Assembly (NCBI GenBank): GCA_951804945.1
Contig: OX638155.1
Span: 70,246,001-70,310,000 of the forward strand
DNA length: 64,000 nt
From: Podarcis cretensis
Taxonomy: Eukaryota
Direction: 5' to 3'
Shown: positions 21,590 through 36,500 of the stretch, piece by piece
Layout: each line of letters begins with the position of its first letter
Position numbering within the stretch: the stretch's first letter is position 1
The notes under the pieces: model-generated
The model's input: the letters and a program-made list of their open reading frames with translations, nothing else
The model's database searches: none
What the model was told of the DNA's origin: nothing
Made by a program: the position numbers and the translations under genes

Positions 21590-24500
21590 TTATTTATACC
21601 CTGCCCATCTGGCTGGTCTTGCCCAGCCACTTTGGGCGGCTTCCAGCAAAATATTAAAATACAGTAGCAACCTGGATGCAAGGCAGGCATTAATATGTAG
21701 TCTTAAAAGTTACAACTTCCACTTAAAAAATCATTTAGCTGTTTCACTATCAACTTCGTTATTTAAAAGGGGTTTAAACAAAATTTGTACTAGTATACAT
21801 ATATCAATTTTATGATATGCATTTTTCTGTGTATATGTTGTTTAGCCACACAGTAACCCTCACAATAAGGCATTCTAGACTGAGACTGTGTACTGACAAA
21901 AACATCAGGAACTTGAAAGTGCGACATGACACTATTTTTGGCCTTCTTATCCTGTCCTATCAGGTAGCAAAAATGGCTTGGACGGATCCTGATTGTATTG
22001 AATATGGTATATATAGATGCCTTCTTCCTGGTGGTCTTTGCAGTTGTCCTGGCTTTGTTGGAGGTTTGAAACCTGGCATAACTGTGGGGATGACTCCCAC
22101 CCTCCTCCAGTTCCAGATTTGTAGGTGGAGAACTAGAGTTTGTTTTGTCACTGGACAGCTGATGTACTTGATATACCTCTGCTGCCCATTGCCCAAATGA
22201 GCCTATGCCAACCTTCACCTCCAAAGCCAGAGAGAAAACTTGTGCTTGTTTTGGTACTAGGCAGCAGAGGCACTTTGTGAATCTTTAACTGCCCACGGCC
22301 AACATGGCAGGCCACAGCCTTCGTCTTCAGCTTGGAGTTGGGGGTGGGTGCAACTTAGTTTGCTCTGTATCTCAGTGCAGTTGCAGGGGATTATCCCAGC
22401 TCTACCTTCACTTCTAAACTGGAGAGTTCATCATCGTTGACATATGTAACTTTTGCGATGACAAGGGTGACAGGCAGAATTGTAGATCACTTGGCCTTTC
22501 TTACATGCTTTATCATATAGTCTTCATATTATAATAGCTTTATGACTTGTAGTCAATTTTCTGCACTGAGTTGCATGAGATCAATAGAGAATGAAAATGG
22601 TTAGGTAACTACGGAAAATAATTTGTCCCTCTTTAGGCCTTTATGTGTATTCTTTATCTTCCTTTGCCATTTTCATTAGCAGATGGGAGGCCTCACCCAC
22701 TCTGATTGGATCTTTTACTCTTTTGACCTGTACTTGTTTTCATTTGTACTCTGTACAGTACTGTAACACTCCTATCTTTTTCATTCTTGGGTCTTCCGGC
22801 TTTACTTTGTAACAACATCCCCGCACCTTGGGCTTTAAGGCGTCACCTGACTCTTCTGAAGTGTCTGTGTTCATTTCAGCCTGCCTAATGCCTCAGTATT
22901 TTGCAGGAGCATATCTGCCTTTCCCACTGTGGCTGCATACAATAATAAAGCTCAGGCAGAAATAAAACTTCAGAATTGGCATGTTGCTCATCAGGATTGT
23001 GAGACAGTGTTAAAAATGGACCCTGAAAACATAAAAGGTAAAATTAAAGAAATCACTTTTGAGAAATTAATGCTAGCAAAAAATCTTTTTAAATGAATGG
23101 AGCAAAATCAGCATAGGTGACAAACACTGGTTTTTGAAATTTGTGGATTGCATTCTGTGGAATAACCGCTCTCAGTTTTTTATTTTTCCACTACTGCTAT
23201 AGCGGGAAATGAATTGTTCAGCACATAGTGGCTTAGTACCCATGCTAAGTGCTTTACATGGTTTAGTGGAAGGGAATTTATGGGGGTACAGTATCTGTGA
23301 TTTGCCATTAGAACCCTGAATATTTTCCCACTCATCTCCAATATTCACTGTAAAAGCTTGTATCCCTTCAATTCAAGGTAAATTCCGAGACAGGGCTAGC
23401 CAGGCGATGGTGGGAAAAGTTTATTCCAAGCAACAAGAGTTCCCCTTCCAACTATTAATCAGCTGAAGGAAGTTCAGTCTACTTTGTCTAAAGCAATTTA
23501 TTGCAATCCTGACAGATGAAAAGTTGGCTTTTTTCTATACAATGTAAAAGGAAAGTCCCCACATGTCTAGGTACTGCCTTTTCCTAGCACCAAACTAAGT
23601 AAATAAAAAGGGAGAATAACAGAGCAATCCTACAGAGATCCAGGGAAGCACAAGTCTAAGCACAAAATAGGACATAAAGTGGTGCTGGTGGACTTATTTC
23701 CTTTATTCCTATCAGTAGGAGGGAAGTTATGCTAGTTCCAGTGTTGGCATAGTTTGTATAAAACTTGCCACTACTGCAATGAAGAGGCATCCAGGAGTGG
23801 AACTCCTCCACCTGGTGAGGAAGGGATTCAGGATTCCGCAGCTGCCTTTCCTGGGAGTGTAGAATTCCTCCTGGAATTATGCTTACACCTTTAAGAGATA
23901 GTTGGCCTCTCCCACTCACAGCAACTGTTATCTCTTTTGCTCTGTTTTCCCATGACAAGTGATTGTGTACAGATACAACATTTTGAATTTATGTGTCCAT
24001 GCCATGCAATTATCATACATACATATACCATGTGGGAGACTTTTTATAGTGTGGTTGTTGGACTAGGACCAGGGAAACCTGGCTTCAAGGTTAGCCCACT
24101 TTACAGATCATTTTGACAATAAAACTGGGGAGTAACATAAGCCAACCCAAGGTCCTTGGAGGAAGCATAAAAATATAATGAATAAATAAGAAACAATGCC
24201 ATGTTACATTATATAGGTTATTGCAGCTGTAATCACATCTCTTTTAGTGGGTTAATTTTTGGTAACAGATTATACTTTGATGGGAGACTGGGACAGACTA
24301 GAAATTTAGCGGAATAATTACAGTATTAAAATAAGGGTTGAGGATCCTTTTTCAACCTGAGGGCCTGTAAAGAAGGACTGGTGATAGGTGTGGTTCAGGA
24401 GGGGGTGTGGCCTTGGGAGAACCTCAGGGGCCAGATGGAGTGGCCTGGAGGGGGCTGCATTTGGCCCCTCAGCCTGAGGTTCTGCATGCCTGTACTAAAA

Positions 24501-27500
24501 TGGATCCTTATATGTGAAGATGGTTTGTCTGCGTCAAATTGAAATTATTTTTAAACCATTCCTCTTTATTACAAAGTTATATTGCAATAGTTGCAAGTTA
24601 TTATATAATTAATGCAGAATTATTTTACATTTCCACTATTTCACATTATATTGACATATTTATTATGTAACTTAGAATATTGCAATAAAATAATGCATTC
24701 TTTATTGATCTGCAGCTTTTATGCGCCGTGCCACTGTTTACACTAATCTACATAATTTCAAAGCAGCTGCAGAAGATTTGAAGAAAGTGTTACATATTGA
24801 GCCAGAAAATGCTATTGCTAAGGTAAGTATTAATTGTTAACTTCATGGACGTATTGTAAACTATGGATACCATTTGTATTAGACATATTTACTATTGAAA
24901 GATGGTACACAATGAAATATATCTAATACAAATACTGTATTTGATACAAATACTGCCATCCCACAGATGACAGCAGGTTAAACTGGTTTTTCAAAAGGGA
25001 AAAAAGCAATAAGTTTCCATCAGCTGATCCAGAGTGGAGAGCCCACCACTCACCCAACTATTACAATACCATATTTCTCCCAATTTTGATGCTGCTCTGC
25101 AAGCTAAGTTATCTGATTTGGAGGGAATGTCACACAGAAATAATCTGCACATTTTGAGGGTTCAAGAGAGATCTGAGCAATTGATTACCTCTGTGGTTGT
25201 AGCCACTCTGTTGTGGATATTGCTATGGTTCTGTACACTGAGTTGGCCAATTGCAGCCCAGTTCCTACCAGAATGAGTATCTCAAGTTCCAGTGGCATAG
25301 CATGGCTTTCAATAAATCCTGTAGCCCTCAGCCAGTGGAGTACAAGATTGCTGGCTGAGCCATTTGCAGCAGATTGAGTGGGACAGTCTGGTATTGTGTA
25401 TGCTGGGGATGTGGTATTGTGAGTTCATTGGCTCCCTATGTGGGTGTTGTCACTGGCACCATCCCTGATTGGTGGGCTTTGGTAGTGTTTCTCTTGACAC
25501 GGAAGGCATGTCAGCCTGCAGCTTATTTTCCTCACTCTGGTTTAGTGCAGGTGACCTAAGTAGCACATACATGTCAGGAGAAGTATGGTAACGTATAATT
25601 GCTCCACACAATTTATATTTATTTATTAAATTTCTATACCACCCTTTGTCTGAGGATTACAGGGTGGTTTACCAATTACACATGATGAATTTAATATAGA
25701 AGATATTCTAAAACAGAGTCTAGTTTTTCTTGCCCTTTCAGTAGCTTAAGTTGGTGAATGATCTTTGTGCCAAACTGAGAGAGAAATCCTGAGCCAATTT
25801 CTAATGATGAGCTATAGTCAGTCTGGTTCCAAAGGCCATCTTGATAGACTGATAGTAATGAAAGCATCAAACAAACTGTATTCAGTAATATCAATTGTGG
25901 TATTAAACCAGTTGCCTCATTCAGGATTTTAGACATTTCTACTTTAACAATCTCCCACTACAGATAATTTAAAGCACCACTCCCAATATAATATCCCTAC
26001 ATTTACAACTGTATTACTTAAATTTATTTGAGAACTACTATTGTACTGAACAGGTTATTTTTTAATAAGAATTTCCTATAGAGGTAAATGTACTTTCAGT
26101 TCTAAGTACTTTGGTTCTGATCTCACTTCCGACACTAGGTTCTCTAATTTTCTCCTTTTGCAATTACAGTATTATGTAATGTTTGAAATGTTGAGTGTAT
26201 CTTTCAGTGGTGGAAGAATTATTATTAAAATAAAATAAATATTGCTATATTACTACAGAAAAACTTGTTGGATATTGAGAAGAAGCTGAAAGAGTTGGAA
26301 CCTATTTCTCAAACTAATAGCAAGGGGAAAAAAATACTTATTCAAGATATAGAAGACTCAGATGGTGATGAAGAACTAGGAGGAAATGAAGCAGAATGTG
26401 AAAATGGCAGTGGAGATAAAAGTAATTTTAACTTGTTAATTGTTAATGGAAGGACATGGAGCTGACTGTAGTGTCACCTCACTGGAAGATAGTACTGCAC
26501 ATCATCCCAGTCTTGAGCAGTGTGAGATTCCAGGGGTTGCAGGCACTTACCCAGGGTTCGTGTTTCCTTCGGAATGAGGCATAGTGGAGACTGAGGTGTC
26601 TTTATGATATATGTTTTATTTACACATATATATGTATACCTGAGCCTACGATGGAGGGGTTCACAGCATTAACATCCCAAGAGGGTCTTGCTTCCCTGAT
26701 AGCTGTGGCCTGGAATTCAAACAGAAATCAAATATCTCTCTGATTCACCAGCTTCCTAACTTGTTTGTGTACAGTACTTAGACATACTTTCAATCTGTAA
26801 TTTTGCACATTATTCCCCACCCACTCCAATTTTCCTTTAAAAAGTTTTCATAGCATAACCTTGAACAGTTGTTTTTCATATGTCTTTTAACAGTAGATTT
26901 GCAGACAATGGAGCTATTTTAAGAGGGAAACTCTCATAAAGTTGTAGTCTTCTATTTTTGGTTTAAGATGGTATTAAACAATTTTGTTTAATATTTTGTG
27001 TTTAGATAAGTAAGAAATAAATATGTTCAATATTGCAAGTTTTACTTTTAAAATCTGGAATTATTTGTTTTAGGAAGATGCTGCAAAATGATTATTTCAC
27101 CTTTTTATGATCTCTTTAAAATGTCATTCTCTTTAAGATGATTATTTCATACTATTATAGGGGCTAACAGAGATAAAGCATATGGTAAATCTGTTTATCT
27201 GCTATACATTTTATATATTGAATATTCATCAAGTTTCTAAAACTGATCTCCAAATTGTTCACTTTAAGCAATCTATTCCTTTTTTTAGACAGTAGCAAGT
27301 GAATACAGCTCTACTAGTATAAAAACTGTTAATTGGTTTATCCAGTACCATTTTGGCCCCTGCTATCTATTCTAGACCATTTGGATATGAATAGCAAGCC
27401 TTTTTGAAATAAAGGGTAGAAGAATTTATCCTTACCTTTTAGTGGACCTGAAACTGTATGTGAAACTTCACAATACAGAACATGGCTTAATCTTTTTATA

Positions 27501-30500
27501 TGTTTGATATAGTCTCAAAAAGGTAGGTTGCAACTGTGACTTGAAATGCAGTTGTGATTTGCTGTCTAATTTGCTTGTCAGGCCAAATTTTAAGTTGAGC
27601 ATCTAGTATTTAAAAGGTTAATTTCAAGGTGATTGTATACCATTCAGAAGAGAGTAGTGCCAGTTCTTAAAAAATACTGATTTGACAGTTTTAAATTCCC
27701 ACGATGGCAAACCATTTATACTTAGCTGTGCAGTCTAAAAAGACTGCAGAAAATGTTATCTTTCATTGAATTCATTTCAGTAAGCTAATATGTGTGATAT
27801 ACCGGTACATGCTTTTAATCCACCCCTCCTTTGCTTTTACAATGGTTCCTTCTGATGATGCAGTCTAACCTAGCCGATTAACTTCCTTGTAGAAACTGCT
27901 GTGCTAGTGGGAGGAGAGATCACAACTGAGAAGACAGAAATGGGGAATGCACAAAAGAAGTTTCCCAGCAAAGGAGATGGCTGTAAATGGGAACACAAGG
28001 AAGCACAGAAGCTCAGAGACCCTTTGGAGAATAGTGTCAAAAAAGGCACACCTGAAAAAAAGACAGCCACGGTTTTACGGGATTCTGAAAATGAAGTAAA
28101 TGGCTATCTGGGCAGTGACAGAAATAATAGTGAAAACAAGGAAGTAATACAGAAAAATGCTGAATCTTCAGCAGCTGGAAAAAACAGTTCTACTTTGCTC
28201 CCTTCCACTGCAGCAAAACTGAAAGCTGAAGGAAATGAATTATTTAAAAATGGACAATTTGGAGAGGCCGTCCTCAGATACTCAGAAGCAATTGAAAATG
28301 TAATTAGTTCTGGTGAGTTATATCTTTATGCAGTTCTTATGGTGATTTTAAAATGTATCCTTTCTTCAATTAATATATTTCTAGGAGAAAGCTGAATTTC
28401 TCTGTAATAATTATGTAGTTGTGAAAATATTCATATACAGTTGACATGAGAATCAGATTTATTGTGTAGAATTTCAATGTAACTGAGTTATGGCTGCATA
28501 TTAAAGCAGTAGGATGTATTTATAGATGATCCACTAAAAAAAAGATCCTTGAAGCTTTGCTTCATCAGCACAATTGCACTACTGCAATGCAACTTACAAT
28601 CTAATGAAGTGTTTTATACTAATAAAACTTGATTTCAGTGATCATAATCCACTGTAATTTTTTGTAATTTAAGGAATCCAAAGTCCAGAGGATCTAAGTA
28701 TTTTGTATTCAAACAGAGCAGCATGTTACCTAAAAGAAGGAAACTGTGTTGACTGCATTCAAGACTGTAACAGGTAAATACCAATCTTACGCAGATAAAC
28801 AATTCCCCCCCCCCATGATTAAAAGAGCATTTAACCTTCCTTTAAAGAGTTTAAACAGTTTGAAATGTGTAACCCCTATGAATATGATAGTATGTGTTTC
28901 GTCAGAATGTGTTGGAAATCACTTCCTTGCTAAGAGGGAGGAAGATGAGAAAGACAGTTAATATTTCTCCAAGTTATATAAACATGTAAGGTTGGTTTGA
29001 ATGTAAAATTAAAGCAAGTTCATTACAGAATTGTATGTTAGTTCCTATAGCTATTAATGTATTTTCCATTTGATACCTGAGCCTAGAATTATGTTTGATA
29101 TTATCCAGAACGTTTTTAAGTAGTTGCATCACAATTGCAACATGATTGCAATTGTGTTGCAGTGGTTCCCAGAAAACACATTATTGGTCTCTTACGTATG
29201 GTGCAGTATAGGGTATAGTTCTGAAGGCAAATGTCTTGAATCCTTTCTCTCATCTAGAACATGAGGGGAAGGGTGTAGCTCAGTGATAGAGTATCTGCTT
29301 TTGCAAGCTGAAAGTCCCAGGTGCGGTTCTTGGCACCTCCAGACAGGAGTGGGAATGTTCGCAGTTTGAAACCTAGGGAAGTCGTCATCAGTCTGTGTAT
29401 ACAATACTGACCTATATTGACTAATGATCTTACTCAATACAAGGCAGCTTCATATATTCCTAACTTGCTGCTGGCTTTTCTAAAATGTATCCTCTTATAC
29501 AGTGAATGTATTTAATCAGTATCTAATGAGTTAGACATAGCAGCAGAGCTATAGCTGTCCAGGCCTTGCCTTGTTAAATGTAGACATTAGGCGGTCAATG
29601 TATTTTATACAGGGGTAGCCAGTGTGATGCCTTCCAGGTGTTATTAGACTGCACTACCTGTCAGCCTCAGGCAGCATGGTCATGATGAGGAATGATTGGA
29701 GTTGTAATCCAATAACGCCTGGACTCTGGAGGATGCCATGTTAGGATTTCTGATTTAATTTCTGTTTTAATATAGTTAAATTTCTGATTTAATAAGCATT
29801 TTTGGATCACAGTTTTCTTTAATAGCTCTTGAATCTCACAGGCAACATATAATTCATAATTGTTAGGCAACTCACACAAGCTTTCAGGTGTCAGAGTTGT
29901 CCAAGACAACTAATCATTGTTATATAAAAATAAGTACAAAATAGGTTGGCATCTTTAATTGCACCAACTTTTGTTGGTTTAGAAGTTTGAGAGTTTCAGA
30001 AGTTACAAAGAACTTGTAGTAATGGGTAGTGATAACACTGGAGACAGTGCTTAACTCTGTCATTACTCACTGCTCAGAACTCTGCCTTGAAAATAATGGA
30101 CAGATAGTGTAATCATAAAATTCTTTTCTGAGAAATTTTTGTTACTTAATGCTGAATGAGCTAAGAAGGATGAGCGGTAGAAGTAGGGACCAGTTTTAAA
30201 TATTAAAACTGTATCCCAAATTACTGAATGGTGAGATTGGTGAGACTATTTTCTAAATATTCTCCAGGGGAGGAATGGAATTATCTGATGCTTCAGAAGG
30301 AGCTCAGAAAAGGAAATCACCAGTAAATTCTTTGAGAAATTTCAGCTGAGCCACTCACTCACCTGCTGAAGTTCCTCACCACTGAAACTATGAAGATAGG
30401 CTTGAAAGTTGTGTGCAGTGCTTTAAGTCTTAGAAGGCAGAGAGTGGGCACAGCAGGATTTCCAGAGCTAAGAACCTTGGTTTGGTGTTTTGAATAACTC

Positions 30501-33500
30501 TTGTCCCTCCCTATGATTACCTGACACATAATAAATTATGCAAACAGAGGAAATATTTCTAAACAGTCTTAATTTGCATAATTTATATAAGCCACAGAAT
30601 TCAGCTTTTTTTGATTCAAAATGTTGATTTGAATTGAAGTCCTACCTAGCATTGTTCATATTATTACATAAATGCTTAGAATTCTCAGAACAAATGCTTC
30701 TCCCTCCATTATAAAAATTCCCAAATGTTGGATGTTACTCTTTTATGATATCTTTATTAAAGCTACAGAGTTCATCATCATATGGGATGAACCATTTGTA
30801 GGTAAATTCTGTATATATCAGTATTGTGTATCTTCATGTAGGGGTGACAAATTCAGGTAATATTACTTGTAAAGATAATTTGGACCAAGTAATTGGCAGT
30901 TGTGTATATTGCAAGGAGACAGTAATAAATAAATACTTTTTTCAGCTATTAGGCTCTGGGTATACAGTGGTACCTCTAGTTATGGACTTAATCCGTTTCA
31001 GAGTGCTGTTCACACCCCCAAAAGTCTGCAACTAGAGCACCTCTTCTGCGCATCACGGTGCAATCAAGCACTTATGGGCATGCACACGTGGTGAACCCGG
31101 AGTAAACACTTCCGGGTTTGCCGCGTTTGTAAGCTGAAAGTCTGTAACAAGAGTGGAACGCAACAAGAGGTACCACTGTATTTTGTACCTGTACATACTG
31201 AATGTTATGCAACTATAACAATCTGCAAGCTATATAGATATAGATACAGATGATGACAACAACAACTACTAGTACTAATAATAATAATACAATTTATTAT
31301 TTATACCCCGTCCATCTGGCTGGGTTTCCAGGGATGGGGAATCTGTGGCCCTCCAGAAGTTGTTGAACTCCAACTCCCACCAGCCTCAGCCAACATGGCC
31401 AATGGTCAGGGATGATAGGAGCTGTAGTCCAGTAGCATCTGGAGGGCCATAAATTCCCTACTCCTGACCTAGATACTACTTTAAGCGCGATAACCATTAA
31501 TCCTCTGAGTTGCTTCTCTGCTAATAAGTATCACTCAGTTTAAATCTGTCTCTTATCTATATGATTAATAGACTTTCCTTTATATTGTCCCAATATAAAA
31601 AATAATACAATAAAATAGCAATAGACGGCTTGGTACATTATTTCCTTTTCCTTCGATTTATTTTAGGATAGGCCCATATCTGAAATATACATGTTTATAA
31701 GCGTATCGAAATTCTGCATGTTTTTTGTGTGTTTTTCTTTCAAGTATTTGTAATAACTTCTGGCCATTTGTCCTTAGTGCACTAGAACTTCATCCATATT
31801 CTCTGAAACCTCTTCTGCGTCGAGCAATGGCCTATGAGTCTATGGAACGATATCGGCAGGCATATGTTGATTATAAAACAGTACTACAAATAGACAGTGG
31901 AATCCAGGTAGCAAATGACAGTGTTAACAGGTAAAACCATTTATAACATGAACATAAAATTGTAGCATACCAATGTGGAACAGACTACAAGCTTCAGTGT
32001 CAGTTCATCTAAATGGACTTCATATACTGATCTGTTGAATGGGGACCAAAATCTTTTGTGGCCAGGTGCCTGTTTAGTGATAATCTAATTCTGGATATAT
32101 ATAGCCATATGATGGGTAGAAATAATTAAAAATGGGGGCTGTATACTGCTTCCTTTACTGCATACCCTCCTTTTAAAATTATTATTTTTTGTGCTGTTTT
32201 TAGTTGCTTTTATTCTGTTCTGTACATTACCTTGCGATATATATGTGGAAGGTGATTTAGTAAATATGCCTTATTTAGCAGTAGTGGTTTTGATGTAAAA
32301 TGGTTTGGAGTCACCCAGGTTGGTGAACCTGAGGGAATTAATTATACATTTGTCTGGAGAATGTAAGGATTTAATGGCTGCATGACCACCATGGGTCAGT
32401 CTCAATCATTATTGAGCTTCATGCTTCTGGCAGGTTATAATGTTGATATGGTGTTTTGTACTTGACAGAATGATGGGTTCTAGGGAACTTGATGTGGTCC
32501 CCTTATAATGAACAGATTGCTGCCTCACAGTGTTAAAGTTCACTGGGACCTCTAATCTCTGCAGGTGTGGGGAACCGATTTAGAACCGTTTGCCTGGGAA
32601 TGGATGCATCCAAATGGATTCTTGGTGCTTCTTTGGGAGTTTTCTATTTCCAATGTCTAGCAGTCCTGTTGGACCCCTAGCCTACCTCTAGAATGGGGAA
32701 ATGACTAGGGCAGTTGACATGATTGCTTCTAAATCTCCACTTCACTTTTTAAAGCCCAGCTCCACAATTTCTGGGATGATTGAAACAGTGAAATAGCAGA
32801 TACATCAGCTAGACACACAGTGGTGAAATATTCAAAGTGAATCCAACCCAACATGGACTAGAGCCCATTTTCAGACTCTTTGGTGGTACTCAGTGGTAGT
32901 AGTAATGGTGGCTATTAAATGTTACTGTTCCATCATAATTTGGTCCATCTGATTTTGGCAAGTGTAGCTTTTCTGAGTGGTGAGAGGGCATTTACCCTTA
33001 CTGTAACTGATTTCATAGAATATTATAAACATATAATTGTAAAGTTTGAAGGGACCACAAGAGACATCTCATCCAACCCCCCCCCCCCTTTCAATACAGG
33101 AATCTTTTTGCCTAATGTGGGGCTGAAACCCACAACCCTGAGATTAAGAGTCTTATGCTCTACCAACTGATCTGTTGTGTACACTTGTTTACAAGACATT
33201 TCCTGCATGAAGTCGCTCACTTCCACTCTGTCTTGAATGCCATAGTAATTGCAGAATCATTATGTGCATTTAGAACTCTTGCTCACCCTGTTATTATGGA
33301 TACACTTCAGCTTGTGCATCATTGGAGGTTTGAAGCCTACAACAGGCAAGGATAGATTGTACACATAATAGCCTTATACCTCCAAGGATCTTGCAGCAAG
33401 AGGTGGAACGATTGGTTGGGTGAATCAGTAAATGCTTCTTTGAGAGAAGGCAGGAAAGGAAGTTATGGTGAAAAGGTGACTGGCAATGTTTTCTTAGATG

Positions 33501-36500
33501 CCACCAGTCTGGGCAATTAGTCGTCTGTGTCCTGCATACCATCTAGTGATGGCCCCCAGCAGCAACAAATATTTATTACGGTTGTAAACCAGCATAAATG
33601 ACACCCAAATTCTTACATTTCTGGATGGCAGAGGGTATCTAGATCCTTTTCAGTCTGGTTTCTTGTTTGGATTTGGGATAGAGACTACTTTGGTTGTCCT
33701 GGTAGGTGAGCTTCATAGAGAACTGAATAAGCAAATGGTGTCCCTCTTGGACAGATGATTTCAATGACTGCTGAAGACTTATGTTTTTGCCCAGGCTTTC
33801 CCTGACTCATAAAGTTTTACAAATCATCCAGATTTCTGCTTTATTTGCTTTTATGTGTTTTTCTATTTCTTGTGGGTTTAGGTTGTGTTTTTGTTTTAAT
33901 GAAATATTGTTCCTTTTTAGACTGTATACCATTAGTTTTTTAAAAATACTAAGTGATATATACATACATGTTTTTAAATAAAATATGCATATAATCTTGT
34001 GCAACATCCTTTTCTGTGGATGTAACTCCCATGTTGCTGGGGATATTTGTACGAAGAAGCCTGCATGTATTGGAGCAGAATACCATTGCAGAGGTTTGCT
34101 ATGAATGCAGCTTTCAAAATGAAACCATTTGGCCTAAACATCTTGATTAATGTACTACTAAGTTCGCTTTATTGCTGTGATAACTGTATTGGCACAATAA
34201 ATTTAGTTCAGTTTTAGTTTTCCCGTAAATTGATCTCTAGTGTACTGCCAGATTTAATCTTAAGATCTGTACTGTACATTACTGTATTAATAGGGAGCCT
34301 TTAAGAAAAGTGGTTTGTTGTTGACCACTCAGTTACGTGTTTCTTGCACTAAAGGCCAATTATTAATGTACATAATATACCTATATGTCTGTCACCACTG
34401 AAAGTCTAATATTAGTTTTGAGGAACCATAATAATAACCCCACTTCACTTTTGGGACACACTACTTGGAAACTGAACTGACATGCCAATTAGGGAGCTAC
34501 TTACCAAGATCTGCTACTATAAAGGTTTTTTCTTTTCTTTCCTAGCCCACTTTGGATGTTATTAAAAACATTTAATTATTAAAAATAATAATTTTCAAGT
34601 TATAAAACTGCTTATATATAATAAATAATTCCCTTTTATTTTTGTCACCTGAGATGATCATACATGTCTCTTAAGTGCTATCAATTTTAGTTCATGTTTT
34701 AAGTTTTATTAAATATGGCTCTTGTGATTTCTCAAGATACTATTTTTCCATCATTTCTCCAAACAAGAGCTTAGTTCATAACACTGGAATTTTAATGAGT
34801 TTACAGTTGGAGCTTTGTAAGAGTTTAACATTCCAACACTAAGTCATATGTGCAATATTTCCATTTTATCTTGTATTCATCACACTGAATTATGTTTTTT
34901 AATGTTCAATCCACAAAACATTGTAGGCCATACAATGTATTTTAGACTAGCTTGGATAGCCTTTTGTACTGTGGTGGTCTGGCTGCAGATGTAAACTATT
35001 TGAAACTAAATCCTGTGATATTTAAAGAAATAAACAGTGTTCATGGCATGTCCATCAGCCTTTGAAAAGTGCTTGAGAGATTTGTGTCTTGATTTGGTTA
35101 AACAGAAAATGTTTTATTCCATATTTGCTTTGAGAAATGGTGGGAAGCACCCAGTGTTAATAGACCCACTGAAAACCTTGGGCTTAACATAACTTGCTCA
35201 TTGATTTCAGTTGTCCTGCTCTGAATATGACTGACATCAAATATCACTGAATATATTTAATTGGGGCTATGTATATTCAGGTGTTTTCTGTCATGTGAAA
35301 TAGATGAAGTAGAAATTGGAGGTCATAAACTTAGGATTTCCATTCTTTTCATCTTATATTTGCATTTAGATGTTTTAAGAATTACTCCAAATACCTTCTG
35401 CTTTCTTGCTTCTTATGATGGCTTCTCCTGCGTAATTCTGAACACATGGACTCCCCAGCCCCTCTCTAGGTCTTTCTTATGCTTTTGCTTCACTGCTTAT
35501 TGCTCTCTTCCTGGCAACCCATCTCCTTATTTCAGCTGCTTCCTTCTCCTTCTGGTAATTCATTTTCAGCTTGCAAAGTATTTGTTTCTGCACTATGTGA
35601 AATAGAATTAAACTAAGTTGACATAGTATTATAAAACCTGAGGTTTGAAATTTGATTCCTATGAAGTAATTATTGAATACCTCAAAGTATATGTGTGGAA
35701 TGCTCCTAGCAATACAGCAATACAAAATAAACAGAATCTGATTATCTTGGGGCTGATTTGTGTGTACTATGAAGTGGTCCTCACTGGGTCTGAAAGAGAG
35801 AAACAGTTCAATGTGGCTTTCATGCTTGTACTTAGTTGACATATTCAATAGATAATGTTATTGTTACTAGCATTCTAAAGATAACATGGGTATGGATAAT
35901 AAATAAAAACAGCTTAATGTGATTTTTTAAAAAAGATTTTAAAAAACTTGAATGCATACCATTTAAATTGTTGCAATATTTTAATTACCCAAGTTTACTG
36001 CATTTTATTGCCGTCGGTGAAAAAAAACAACACCTTGTTTTTCTCTAGGATAACAAGAACTTTAATAGAGGAGGATGGCCCAAATTGGAGGGAGAAGTTG
36101 TCCCCGATTCCTGTTGTTCCAGTTTCTGCTCAGTTACATTGGTGGGATGGAGGAAGTGTTACTGCAGAGCCAAAGCAGAAGAAAAATGCAGCCAGGCATG
36201 GAGATCAACAGTCACATTTTCCTAGTATGTGTAACATGATTGCTGATAAATGTTTTATTTGAGAAAGCTTAATACTTGGGAAATTCCTGCTAGTAACAAA
36301 AGAGCTCTCACTGCAGTGTACTTGCATGGGCTGTGGGAGGGAGTTCTTAATTTTTGCTTCCTCTACAACTTCTTGTTCCCCCAAAGCCTGGATTATCCAG
36401 TGAAAAGCGTGATGGTATGAACTTGCTCTTAAGAAATAGATCCATACTCTATGAATTCCAGCCTTGCTTTCTGAATGCCGCAAAACTAGTGCATGAATGT

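Noticed and set aside
27852-27860. C-box-like TGATGA in a SPAG1 intron (possible snoRNA)
   Set aside because: No matching D box or terminal stem, and it is too close to the acceptor.
33100-33170. tRNA-Lys-like sequence (also near 51640-51700 and SINE heads at 20300, 29275, 55800, 59900 and 60120)
   Set aside because: The arms are degenerate and fused to SINE bodies or CR1-like tails, so these are SINE heads, not tRNA genes.
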